The translations under genes were made by a program, and so were the position numbers. A stretch of DNA of 63,971 bases from NCBI GenBank assembly GCA_030264375.1, contig JASCQW010000119.1:6553271-6617241 (forward strand), in the 5' to 3' direction. The notes below the pieces were generated by a model. The model saw only the letters and a list, made by a program, of their open reading frames with translations. It made no database searches and was not told where the DNA came from. Below, piece by piece: positions 42,001 to 54,500 of the stretch. The stretch comes from Carcharhinus longimanus (Eukaryota). The first letter of the stretch is position 1. The number at the start of each line of letters is the position of its first letter.

Positions 42001-45000
42001 TAGCAGGTTCATCTGAAAGCTTTGGGACTCCTCCCAATAGTCTCATAGTTGGTCCAGTGTGGTCATCAGCCTCTCCTGCATTCCCTGGCTCTGTTGCTGT
42101 ATCTCCAGCAGCTGCGGGAGAAGTGATCACAGAGGCCCAGAATGTAGCCTAGTGCCAGCTGAGTCCTTGCCTCTGGCAGGCTACTGCATGCCAGAGGCCT
42201 CAGACGTTTCCTCCTCCACCTGATGCACTTTATCAGATGTGTTGCGCTCACCAGAGTGTGACCCAGAAGCCTCACCACTAACTGGACCCACCAACATGTC
42301 AGTATCTGGGATGGTGAGTTGTGAGGTGGAAGCTGACGCCAAAATAGTGCCACCCTCGGAGGTCCTTCACCCATATGCTCCAAGGACTTGTCCGAGCTGT
42401 CTGGACCAGTATGAGCCATAGTCCAGAAGGCCTCAGGCATCCAGATCTGTCCCTGCCACACAGGACACAAAGTTAAGTGCAAGGGAGGGAGAGGAATTCA
42501 GAATGCCAAAACACATGATTCACATTTCTCCACAGAACAAAGCATAAAGAAAATTTCTTCACACGAACAGCCCATTCGGCTGTCCAAGCCTGTAGCAACC
42601 CGACTGGCCATCTGATTTGTAACCCTCTTGGGGACTAAAAGGAAGCATGCAGGGTGCTGGGGATAGGAAGAGCTGGGGGAGATTTGGGGCAAGATGCAAG
42701 ATGGGGTTCAAGATGCCCAGCTGAGGTCATCAAGTTTTTTTGGCACTACTTTCCAGCTTGGGGGTCCACTGACCAAGGCAGCGACTGCCTCCCAGGCCGC
42801 ACTGCCATCAGATTCCCTGGGTCTGCATCCTCCTGGGGAGAAAAGGGGTCCCACCTCACCTCTGCTGCATTCAGTAGCCTCAGTAAAAAGTCTGACAACA
42901 CTAGGTTTAAGTCCAACCGATTTATTTGATAGTAGACTCACTAGCTTTCAGGGTTAGTCCCTTCATCAGGTGAATGGAGAGTCCATTCACCTGACAAAGA
43001 GACTAACCCCGAAAGCTAGCTAGTAAACTATCAAATAAATCGGTTGGACTTAAACCTGGTGTCAGACTTTTTACTGTGTTTACACCAGTCCAACGCCGGC
43101 ATATCCACATCATGTCCAGTATCCTACCCAGATTGCCCTCAGAAAAATACAGGGCTGGTCATTTTGTCCAGGAATGCCTGCCTGCCTGTCCATCTTTGGG
43201 TTTTAATGGCGATCTCCCTCATTAGGGCAGATCAGCTGCAGACAGTTTGGCAGAGCATTCCAGCAGATTACATGTGGTTTGCTTATTAGCATTAAAGGGA
43301 AGGGGCTGAGGGAGTTCTGATGGAGGAAGGGGTGCTGAGTGGGATCTGAGTGGGTGGGGTCTGAGGAGGTCTGAGGTATGAAGGTCCTGAATGGGGTCTG
43401 ATGGACAAGGGGTCTGTGGGGGGTTGAGAGGGGGCCTGCAGTGTGAAGGGGCCTGAGATGGGAGTTGGTCAGTCTCATGACTGTGTGGTGTTGGGGCGGC
43501 TGGGTGACATGTTATTTGAGTGATGGGGAGGGGGGGTAGGATGCCCTTCTTTGCTGAGGGGCTGGTGGTGCTCCCTACATCATCCAAGGCATTGATACGA
43601 AGCATGGGCACCATTTCAGTTTTTGCTGCGGAGGGGGATGTGTCCATGAATGCAGAGAAATGATCCGATCTCTGAACATTAGGTCTGGCAGCATAAATTT
43701 GCATCCATCAGGTGGGTGAACCCCACCTGACAGACTCTCCCAGCACCAGTACGAAACCCTTCCATTTTCATACCACTGTGAGCATTCGCCTGAAAATAGG
43801 AGAACTGGATCCCCGGAAAATAAAGCTGGTTTCAGTAATAGTGACTGTGATAACTGTTACTGATTGTTGTAAAGACCCATCTGATTCACTAATGTCCTTT
43901 AGGGAAGGAAATTTTCTGTCCTTACCCGATCTGACCTACATGAGACTGCAGAACCACAGCAATGTGCTGACTCTTAATGCCCTCCACAATGGCCTAGAAA
44001 ACTCATGCAGTTCAAGACCAATTAGGGATGGGCAACAATTGCTAACCTTGCTAGCAACACCCACATCCTGAGAAAGAATAAAGAAAAAAACTTGACAACA
44101 TTTAGTCCAATGTAGTATGCTGATTGGCATAACTTAAATGTTCATTCCCTTCACTCATAATGCACAGTGGTAGAAGTGTGTACCGCACACAAGATGCACT
44201 TCAGCAAATTAACAAGCCTTCTTTAACACAATGAATCAGTATTCCATCATATTGAGCACCATTTGGCTGAATCATTGGGAGTGGCAAGGGCACATACTGT
44301 ACTGTGGGTTGGGGACATCAATATACATCACCGAGAGTGTTTTATTAACACCATTATTGACTGAGTTGCCTGAAAACCAAATGTCATATCTTCTAGACTG
44401 GGTCTGTGGCATACAATGAGGAAATGAACAAGAGGGAAAGACCAGCTTGATATCATCCTATCAATCTACCTGTCACAGATACATCTATCCAGAACAGTAT
44501 TATTCGGGGTGACCATCACATACTCCTTGTGGAGACAAAGTCACTTCTTCACATTGAGGACATGTTGTGTTGCATTACTACCGTGCTAAGTGGGATGTCA
44601 AGCAGATCTTTATAATTTACAACCATGCATCACTGTGGGCCATCATCAGCAGTAGACTTGTACATAAGGTGTCGGTCCACCTTGTTGTCAAACGAGGGGC
44701 ATGCGCACGGTGCGTCGTGCATGGGCTGCTCTTGGATGTTTCGAGAGTAGCCTAGTACTTTGTGTCGATGTGTGTGCTTAAATCTGGACCAGCAGATGGG
44801 CACCACAACAGCTCAGTGACTATCACTGCTAGCTGTGCAGATACATGGATTTGGGCCATTGTCTGTGGGAATTTACGCATTCTCCCTGTGGTTGCGTGGG
44901 TTTCCTGTGGGTGCTCCGGTTTCCTGCCACACCCCAAAAATGTGCTCTTAGGCTGATTGGTGTAACAAATTGTCCCTAACTTATTCTCCCCTGAATCTGG

Positions 45001-48000
45001 TTTCCAATGGGGGTACCATACGCATGCACACAGGTCGAGGTAGGTGTAGGAAAATGCTTTAAGATGGCGGCGCGGGCTCGTTGGGTCGAAGGGCCTGTTT
45101 CCCGTGCTGTGTTGCTCTTTGTTCTTTTGTTCTTTAATAAGCACAGAAACAACATCAATTCCGTTACATTTTTTCGGACATAATCCTTCTAAAAAATGTC
45201 ATATTTTCTGCGATTTATGCAGACAATTTCTATCAAAGACATTTCCAAATTATGAGAATGACCTATGCTTTTCTTTCTTGATGGGCAAACCATGGGATTG
45301 AATTGTTCTTTGGTTGTTTCTAACCTTATCAATGGAATTGGTTATCAGAATAGCAACCACAGAGACCACTTAAAATCGTACTCATCGCTCTTTTGAAAAT
45401 GGCTTGTTCGGATCTTATTCCAAAAGGGAATATTTTAAAACGAAATATCTATGTGAGAAACCGGATACAGCACTGTTGAGATGCATCTACTGCATTCATC
45501 TGAAGATTTGCCTGCAAAATAGCATACTTGCTGAATGTCGCCCATCTGCTAACCCAGCGAAAGCATCTTCAATTATTTTAAACAAATAGACGTTCGTCTG
45601 CACTCAGCTGTGGAATGAGTGTTCATTAAAGATCACAACAAATACTAACGAAACCCTATTTATTCATGGCAGGTGTGGCAAGGTTATTCGATCAATCATT
45701 GAAATAGCTCTGAAGTGCCTGTGTTAAAAATTCCAATGAGTTATTTTTCAAGCTTATGACGTGGTGTTGTTGTATCTGCATATTGTACAGCTCTTTTCGT
45801 TCGACCTTTTTTTGTCAACTATTCGGGTTTGTCTTGAGTTTGACGTTAGCTTCCATTGTTGAAAAATGTATATTTTCAGAGACATTTTTCTGTTTATCCA
45901 GAATATGTTGTAGGTCGTCTTGACATCCACCAAACTGTTGACGGCACTCCACTTGCACTTTACCTTCTTCAGTCATGATCCAACAAATCGAAAAGTAAAC
46001 GTGCCACAGTATAAATGGAGAAGCTGCAACTCTCTTTATCCATTCAACTCTAACTTGACCATCATGCGACTTGTATATCTGTTCTCCGGAGCACACTTCT
46101 CAGGGAATACTCGTCTAACCAATAAAACTTTTAAAATGCGACCCATTTTTCCACAGTTCTTGCATTAACTATTCTTGTTCGGGCATTCACTCGTTGCATG
46201 GCCAAGTTTGGCGAAAGTGTGACAGTGTTGTTGTTTTGACTCCTTATGGACTGTCCCCATTTTCTGAATCTTCACCTCTACACGAAAATGTGAAGCTACT
46301 TCAATAGCCCTCTAATTCATGATGTCACTAAAACCAAACTATGTTCAGCAAACACATTGGTTCGGATAAATTCCAACTCCAGTAGAAGATCTCAAAAACG
46401 ATTGAGTGATGACTGACCAAACTCTCAACGATGTGTAAACCTTTCGGTATTGCCACCAATTTAACAGTGCACTTGCCTTGTAATTGATAACTTCTGCGAA
46501 TGTTGACAGTTCTCTGCCGATCAACTAATTTGAAGAGAAATGTTATGCAGCAAGTGTTTCAATTATGCATAAACATTGGTTCCTGTCTTCAATGGATGGA
46601 CCAACTTTCCTATCTGGATCACGGAACACTTTTCAAATTTCATTCAGTTCTATAACGTATTGAAAACACTCTGCTTGGGAACTCCGTGATTTATTTTATC
46701 AATTGGAAGAATACTCATGTATACAAATTTACCTTTAATTTATCATGGCAGCATTAGGGACTCGAGTGGGCTTAATATCATATTTCATAGTATCCTTACT
46801 GGCAGAAGGAGACGATTTGACCAAGAAGTCTGCACGAACTCTCTAAGAGATCGTGTTACACAAGCCATATACCTGCTACCTCAAAATTATCCTAACCTAC
46901 TAAGCACTAAAGAATTTTTACGCACGAAATGTTGTTTGATTTCTGTTTTTGGAAGCAATCACGTTTTCTGCATCTGGAAATTCCAGCCAAACTTATCTAT
47001 TTGGCACAGCATTTTTCATACGCAGATTATATCAGAAAAGGCATTGCATTTAGATTGTATTGTTTATCAAACTTACAGAAAATCTGCATTCTCTCTCACC
47101 ACGGAATAGGCGTAGGCGAGTTGTGGAAAATGGAAAAGTCCATTAACCTCCGGCGGGATTGTACAACATCACTCGCGAATTTTACAAATAGCCAAGACAG
47201 AGTATGTTACCGGTTGGGCACGAAGTCTTCAAGACAATCACTGTGGTGAAATGTTGCAATTGCATGTCCCTCTCTCACACCTTGGAATGGGTTTCAGAGA
47301 TCCAGCGTTATCGATGGGAAACTGTCAGAAATGTTGGATTTCCGTTAGAATTACCTATGTCTTTCATTTTCAGTTTCGATCCTATGGAGAGAAATGCAGT
47401 TCAAGGTGAAGGTAAGCCGAATAATTTTACATATCTTCTACCAAATGCATCGACCTGCTCAATATTATTGTTATTATTTATTTGTATTGAACTATCTTCG
47501 ATTAACTTATGTTGTTTAAATTCAACACTTGTCCATTCGAGACCCATATTCGCGTCATATACGTATAAATATTGGCAATGCGTTTGTTAAAAGTTCGGGG
47601 TCAACTGTGCTCATTTCACTTGCACCGCCTTTCTGATCCAGACTTCATCACTGGTTTCGCTATAGCATGTTGAAGTGGAGGATGGGCACGCTATGAAGTC
47701 TCACAACAACAGACTAATGCCCACCAGGTTTATTTATACCTCGAGCTCTTGGTACGCTGCTCCTGCAACAGTTGAATAATGAAGGAACAGCCTGCAAATG
47801 AAGAAGCAGCGTCCTGAAATCTTGCATTGCCAAATAAACGTGTTGGGTGTTAACGACGCGCGTGGGACCTTTTTCTGTGCCCACCTCAGTCGAACGCCAA
47901 CATCTCCATGAAGTGGAGTGTGTTTTGTTTTGCTTTGACGAAGGCACGAAGTTTTCCAATTTGACATGCATGTAGTGTGAATGATGCTTTGCGCCCAGTA

Positions 48001-48517
48001 TAGGACTAGCAAATCTAACATAACTGAATGCAGGGTTCGGTTTACAAACAACCACAATATCTGTTTATTTTCTTCTGCCGCCAGAAATGCGTTTAGACTT
48101 TTTGAAAACTGCTTAGAAGAAACAGGTATAGGAAATGAATAGAGAAGGAAGCATATCTTACTCAGTTCGTTTAAGCCTCTTTGGAAGATGTTGGGATCTG
48201 CAATGCCGAGAGAGATGAAAATCATCATTATGTCATCTGATAAAGGATTAATTTAGGATATTGCACAGGTTTTGCAAAACTTCCATCAATATAATAGCTC
48301 TCGTACTCCAAGGGTGAAAAAATATATATTTTCATCATTCACCTCAAAGTCAAGCAGCGATCACTTGAGACATGCATGCTGCCATCAACAGTTATTTTTC
48401 AACTATTTCAAAGATGTGTGACACACCTCACATAATGTCCAATAATTTCACAGGCAACCAGAAATAACCCACATTAATTGAAATTAAGGAAATGTAGGCT
48501 AAGAATAATTGCTAAAC

Positions 48518-48578
<61 letters not shown>

Positions 48579-51500
48579 TAATCATGAACACACAGATAGA
48601 TGGAGAAATGGAAAATGTGAGAGATGGATGGTTGGTTGGATGCATGGATGGATGGATGGATTTTGCATCATGGTAACTGCTTCAATAACGACTATCATAC
48701 GTTCTTATTTATGGATCTCTTCGAAGGTTCATATAAAATGTTGTGAATACAAACTCACTGATGTATCAAGGGCCTTAATGGACTGACAACAGATTGTAAC
48801 ATTTGGGATGGATGATTGGATGGATGAATGGATGGTTGGATGGATTGACAACAAATTGTAATATTTGGGATGGATGATTGGATGGATGGATGGATGGATG
48901 GATGGGTGGGTTAATGGATGGATGGATAGATGGGTGGATGGATGGATGGATTTTGCATCATGGTAACTACTTCAATAACGACTATCATATGTCTTTATTT
49001 ATGGACCTCTTAAGAGATTAACATAACGTGTGAATACAACCTCACTGACATATCAAGGGCCTTTACGGATTGACAACAAATTGTAACATTTGGGATGGAT
49101 GGTTGGATGGATGGATGAATGGATGGATGGATGGATGGATGGATGGATTGATTTTGCATCATGGTAACGATGTCTTTATTTATGGACTCTTAGAAGACTA
49201 ATATAAAATGTTGTGAATACAATCTCACTGACGTATGAAGGGCCTTGACGGATTGATAACAAATTGTAATATTTGCACCGACACATCCAAAGTAAGAGGG
49301 ATAAACAGTTAGCACTGTTAAGTTACGAACCACCAATTTCTTCACCCGTGCGTGTTTCTGGAAATAAGCAGAATAATTTCTTAATGCACTCCCAAATATT
49401 TCCAGTAATCCATAATTAGGCAACAACTATCTGGCATTGTGCTTGCGCAAAATAAATAAATAAATAAATAAAACGCAGGGCACACTCGGCGTTAAATGCT
49501 GAACTGATAACTATGTGAAAAACATTGAATTTGTGAAAAAAATAACTATTCTCAGAAAGTCTGTCGCAGTAACCCTGGGATAATAGTGTTGGTGAGCATT
49601 GTTTGAGTAGCAATACAAATTAGTCAATGTGATTTACGAAGCCATTCATTTTATTTTCCTCATCACAGATATATGTGTGCAAGGATAACAATTCATTTCT
49701 GTGTCCACTGTATGACGTTTCATATCACATTGCATGTTACAGCAGAAGTTGTAAAATGAAACAGCTTAAGAGTGTAAGAGTTTAATGTCATGGAATTTTT
49801 GATCATTTGCATGTCACGCGGGCCCTCCCTTAATGTGCCTCCAAATTAAACAATGCAATTGTGCTGAAGAATTTGGAACATATCAAACAGTGAGCGGGAT
49901 GCAAATGTGTTGCAAATACAACAAATATTGCATCCTTCAGGGGGTATATTTCTTTTCAGTGCGTTCGGGTGCACTAATCTTCTAAAGTTTTATTTCAATT
50001 TCCGTGAAGCAATTGGAAAAGCATTTCCCCAGGTATATTTCCTTTTAGCTCGATACATTATTCGTGGATTGGTGCCGGAACAATGGAGTTATTTAGTCTT
50101 CGAATTGATTTGAGTATGCATTGGTTGTCTTTACCCACGAAATGGATACAAAATTGGCTTGATGTCAGAAGACAGAGGGTGGTTTGAGTGAGTTGATTTT
50201 CAAACTGGAAGCCTGTGAACAGCGGTGTGCCTCAAGGTCTGGTGTTGAGTTCACTGTTATTTGTTCATTCATATTAATGATTTGGATGAAAATTTAGTAG
50301 GCATGGATAGTAAGTTTTCAGATGACATTGAGATTGGTGGCATAATGGACAGTGAAGGACATTAGGTAGGATTGAAACGGCATCTTGATCAATTGGGCCA
50401 GGTGACAAATGGTAGATGGAGTTTAATCTAGATGAATGCAAGAGGGTGCATTTTCGTAAATCGAACCAGGACAGGACTTACTGAGTTAATGATAGGGCAT
50501 TTGGGACGGTTACAGAACAAGAGATCCAGGACCACAGCTTCATATTTCCTTGAAAGTGGATTCACAGGTGGACAGAGTGGCGAAGAAGACACTCGGCATG
50601 CTTGGTTTCATTGGTCAGAACATTGAACACAGGAGTTGGGACGTCTTGCTGAAGTTGTTCAAGGCATTGGTATGGCCACCTTGGAGTACTGTGTACAATT
50701 CTCGTCATCCTATTGTAAACAGAAGGATACTATTAAGAATGCAGAAAAAAAATAGGATGCTGCTGGGACTTGATGATTTAGATTAGTAGGAGATGTTGGA
50801 TAGATTGGGACATTTTCTCTGGAGCGTAGGAGGTTTGGCAGTGATCATACAGAGAATTATAAAATAATGAGGGCCATAGATCAGCTAGATAATCAATAGG
50901 TTTCCCCAAATGTAGGGGTGTCTAAAGCTACAGAGCATAGGTTTAAGATGAGAGTGAGAGATACATCAGGGCCCAGATGGACTTTGTTTTCGTTCAAAGG
51001 GTGGTAGATGTTTGCAAAAACCTGCCAGAGGTAGTAGTAGAGACGGGTATAATTTTATCTTTTAAAAAGCGTTTAGACAGTTACATGGGTAAGATGAGTA
51101 GAGAGGGACACGGGCCAAACTCGGGAAATTGTGATTAGTTCAGGTTTTAATAAAGGGGCACCATGGACAAATTGGACCTAATGGTTCGTTTCCATTCTGT
51201 AAAGCTCTATGACTGGATGACTCCATGACTTTGACACAGAACAGAATTCATGGATCGTTTCACAACTGTCCTATTTCCCTGTGGTAACCCATCTGTCTGG
51301 CGTGTATGCTGACTGAGTACGGTTCTTGTGAAAATAACCTTTCCAAGATATACAGCTTGACGATTTTAATAACCTATTGTTAATAAGACATTTAATTACA
51401 TAAAATGTGCCCAGAATTACAGCTACAGGCGAATTATCCCTGCCAACTGAACTTGGAGCGAATTCAAATTCAGAATGAATTATGGGTTTTATTTAGAGTA

Positions 51501-54500
51501 TATCTGCAGGGTTTAGCTTATGCATTTAATTTTCGAATCGGAAAACAATTTGTCACCTAAATCACTTAAATATTTCTTGCAGCCGGATAGCTCTGAAAAA
51601 AAAAACACACACACTATGAACTTAGGACACCCCAAAACTATTTAGAACAATTTACACTGTCATCGCTGTTACACTGTCAGAACGTCTTTGAACACAGTTT
51701 GTTTAATATGATCAGAAACATCAATCTAGGAGCACGGATCCCACATGGATTGGACTAATTCAACAATGCGTCCTCCCAAGACTTCCTCAATGACTATTCG
51801 GGCGACGAAATAATGTTGGTTGTTTCCTTGACAAGCACAATCATATGGAAAGCGAATGAAATACAAATTATTACATGAAGATTACTGGATGTTCAATGCA
51901 AACAAAAAATCANNNNNNNNNNNNNNNNNNNNNNNNNNNNNNNNNNNNNNNNNNNNNNNNNNNNNNNNNNNNNNNNNNNNNNNNNNNNNNNNNNNNNNNN
52001 NNNNNNNNNNNNCGTAGCCCAACCGATCAGGAGGCCGTTAATATTTTGTTGAAAATTGTTCAAGTATTACTTCATTAACATAAGTCCAGGTGCAGATCTA
52101 TGTAACTATACTCTAATCCCCGATCTATTTGCGTATTAGACCAGCCTAAATGTGATTCGTTTCAGCTACATCCTTTGATGGTGAAACATTACGCCACATG
52201 GACATCGATTATTCCATCGCTTCTGCGTTCGTATTTATTGGTTATTATTAGTTCTGAACCTCACCACGATAAGAAATAATATGTCTCTACCAACTCAATA
52301 AATTCGTAAAGGTACCTGGTTCAACTTAGTGAACTTGCCAGTTTATTCAACTCTCAATCATCACCGTACCACCGCACATCCTACCGCACCCCCTACTCGT
52401 GGACGTTAACCAAACTTCGCCTGATCACTCGTTCCCTGATACGTCGAAGCTAACTGTGACATTGCTCATTGGAACCTTTACTTCATAATTAAAATAATCG
52501 AAATGTGTTTTGCACAAAACCCGATATATGTTCATTCCTATTCGATATAATTGAATCTTTGTTAACCTGTGATATAAATTTAGATATTCTAAGAAAGATA
52601 TTTCGCAATTCGTTGCCTTTGCCAATGCATGCTTTTTTTTTAGCAGTGTTCCAAGCCATAATTCTAATTCATAACAATATTTAACATTTAATAATATTTA
52701 AAGTGGTAATACCTGAGCAGTAGAACTTCACACCTTCTGCAACTGGCAACAAATGTCATTTGCTCTTACACGAGCATGCTGTCTTGAAGGAATCTGAAAA
52801 CTTCATGTAAGTCGTCCATGTGGGCTATATTTGCTGACCGTGTTCGTCCATCTGTTTTGTTACACATCTTCAAAGGTATTTGGATGATATTTGTGCGAAT
52901 AGAATCGATCAATACAACTTCTGCAGTTCAGATAAGCCCATTCACTCCATTGAATCGCTACCAGCTCCCTGGCAGTACATCTACCACATGCCCACCACCC
53001 ATTCTATCCCGTTTATGCAATATTCAGTCTTGAGTTAACCGTTTTAATGACAGTCAAAACACTTATCTGACAGACAATGAAAGACCATGGAATGAGGCAA
53101 TCAATACACTGGCTTGCAAAGATTAACTACAACATCTTTCAAAGATTCCTCATGATCAATTTCAAGGGATTACAATGACCAGAATAGTAACAGGAAGAAA
53201 AAGAAATAATGTTGCTAGATAATTATGACAGAGACTGGTTGTTGGACAGAATTCACTCGACAGCTATCAGTATCAATAAGCAGCTATAATGCACAGGTCA
53301 AAGTGTAATGGGGTGCCCTTTTCTTCCCTGGACGAGTACAGCTAAAATGATGATTCATTTGCACGGTTAAATGCAAATAAACCTACTTACAGACACTTTA
53401 TCTACCACTTTTAGGATTAGATTCCTCTGTCACTACCAAAATGTCAGTGCATAGGATCGACCTAATGGACTAATAAGCCTCCCCATGCCTACTGACAGAG
53501 CAAGTTCCAAAGGCCGTCTCACAGCTTACATGACGGGAAATATAAAAAAAAACATTGATGGGGATACTACTCACTGCAAATTCAAATACAACAGCAACGA
53601 TTTTGAGGCCTGTTAGCACATTATGATCACGACTAAATTTTATGCTATTCTGTGAATACCTAGCAGCATATGATGTACTGCAAGTGTTCATGAATTTGTC
53701 TCACCCTCACATTATCAAGGGTTGTTCCAAAAAATGCTGATTTTCCAGCCAACTTCAAAGTGCAGGAAACAAGAATGGTAATAAGTAATTCGGAAATAAA
53801 GCGTGTCAGGCAAAAATCCCGATTGAAAATATGATGGATCTCCAAAAATCAACGTACGTTCTCAGAAGTGATGGACTGAGAGGGACAAGAAATAATTTCC
53901 CTGTGTGAGCATAAGGATGGTAACTGAGCTGAATCTGAAATTAGTATCAGACAAACATGATGATACTAATTTAACTGAATTCAAGTCTGAATAAATAAAA
54001 TACAGATTAGAATTTAAAACAAGGTACTAAATAGAGAGTAATTGCGCAAAGTTACAACGGGGTAACAAAAAAGGAAGGTACACAATGCAAGCTTTATGAA
54101 TGAAATATACATCAGTTTGCTAAATAGATGGCTAATTTGGGGTACAGAAAATCATTTAAACATCGGAAGTGTCAAACAAAACTGAGGCAAAGAGGTAGAA
54201 TTGCTAATGGTGATAACAAAGAAAGATTTAAAACACTAGGTACTGAGAACTTGATTGAAAAAAAACAAAACACATACGTTATCAGTGATAAACGTTGAAG
54301 GCTACCAAATGTTTGACGAAATAAATGGACAAACACTGCATTAAAAACAAATCTGGAACGGGGCGATGTGTTGTACAGAAACGTCTAATTCTACTTTGTC
54401 ACACGCTTCATTCAAAGTTGTTAGATGCTGTTTTCTGTAATTGCAGACCAGTAGCATAAATCATATTGGTGAAAAAAAAAACTGTCTGAAAGCGTAACTC

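Larger units (their letters stand above)
42690..43195 (-). pseudogene. Myb/SANT-like DNA-binding ORF of the Harbinger element, split by a Penelope insertion
   Basis: [14 protein letters not shown] | [37 protein letters not shown]...PKKLDDL resembles the Myb-like motif RFS..DL..LL.AV...LF.....AWE.VA..VS....KK.NDL. Confidence 0.7.
39334..43813. mobile_element. Decayed PIF/Harbinger DNA transposon with convergent transposase and Myb/SANT genes
   Basis: Transposase on +, Myb-like gene on -. The right end is approximately ggagaactggatccc. The left end is lost in an N gap. Confidence 0.8.

Noticed and set aside
45168-45188. 21-nt AG..GT segment (EGLCPKK)
   Set aside because: No similarity to the repeat; such hits are expected by chance.
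48620-49275. Repeat-spacer appearance suggestive of a CRISPR array
   Set aside because: The intervening segments are homologous to each other, the repeats are GGAT microsatellite, and the context is vertebrate with no cas genes.
52713-52736. 24-nt AG..GT segment (EGVKFYCS)
   Set aside because: Canonical ends, but it fits neither exon class and has a weak pyrimidine tract. It cannot be supported without transcripts.
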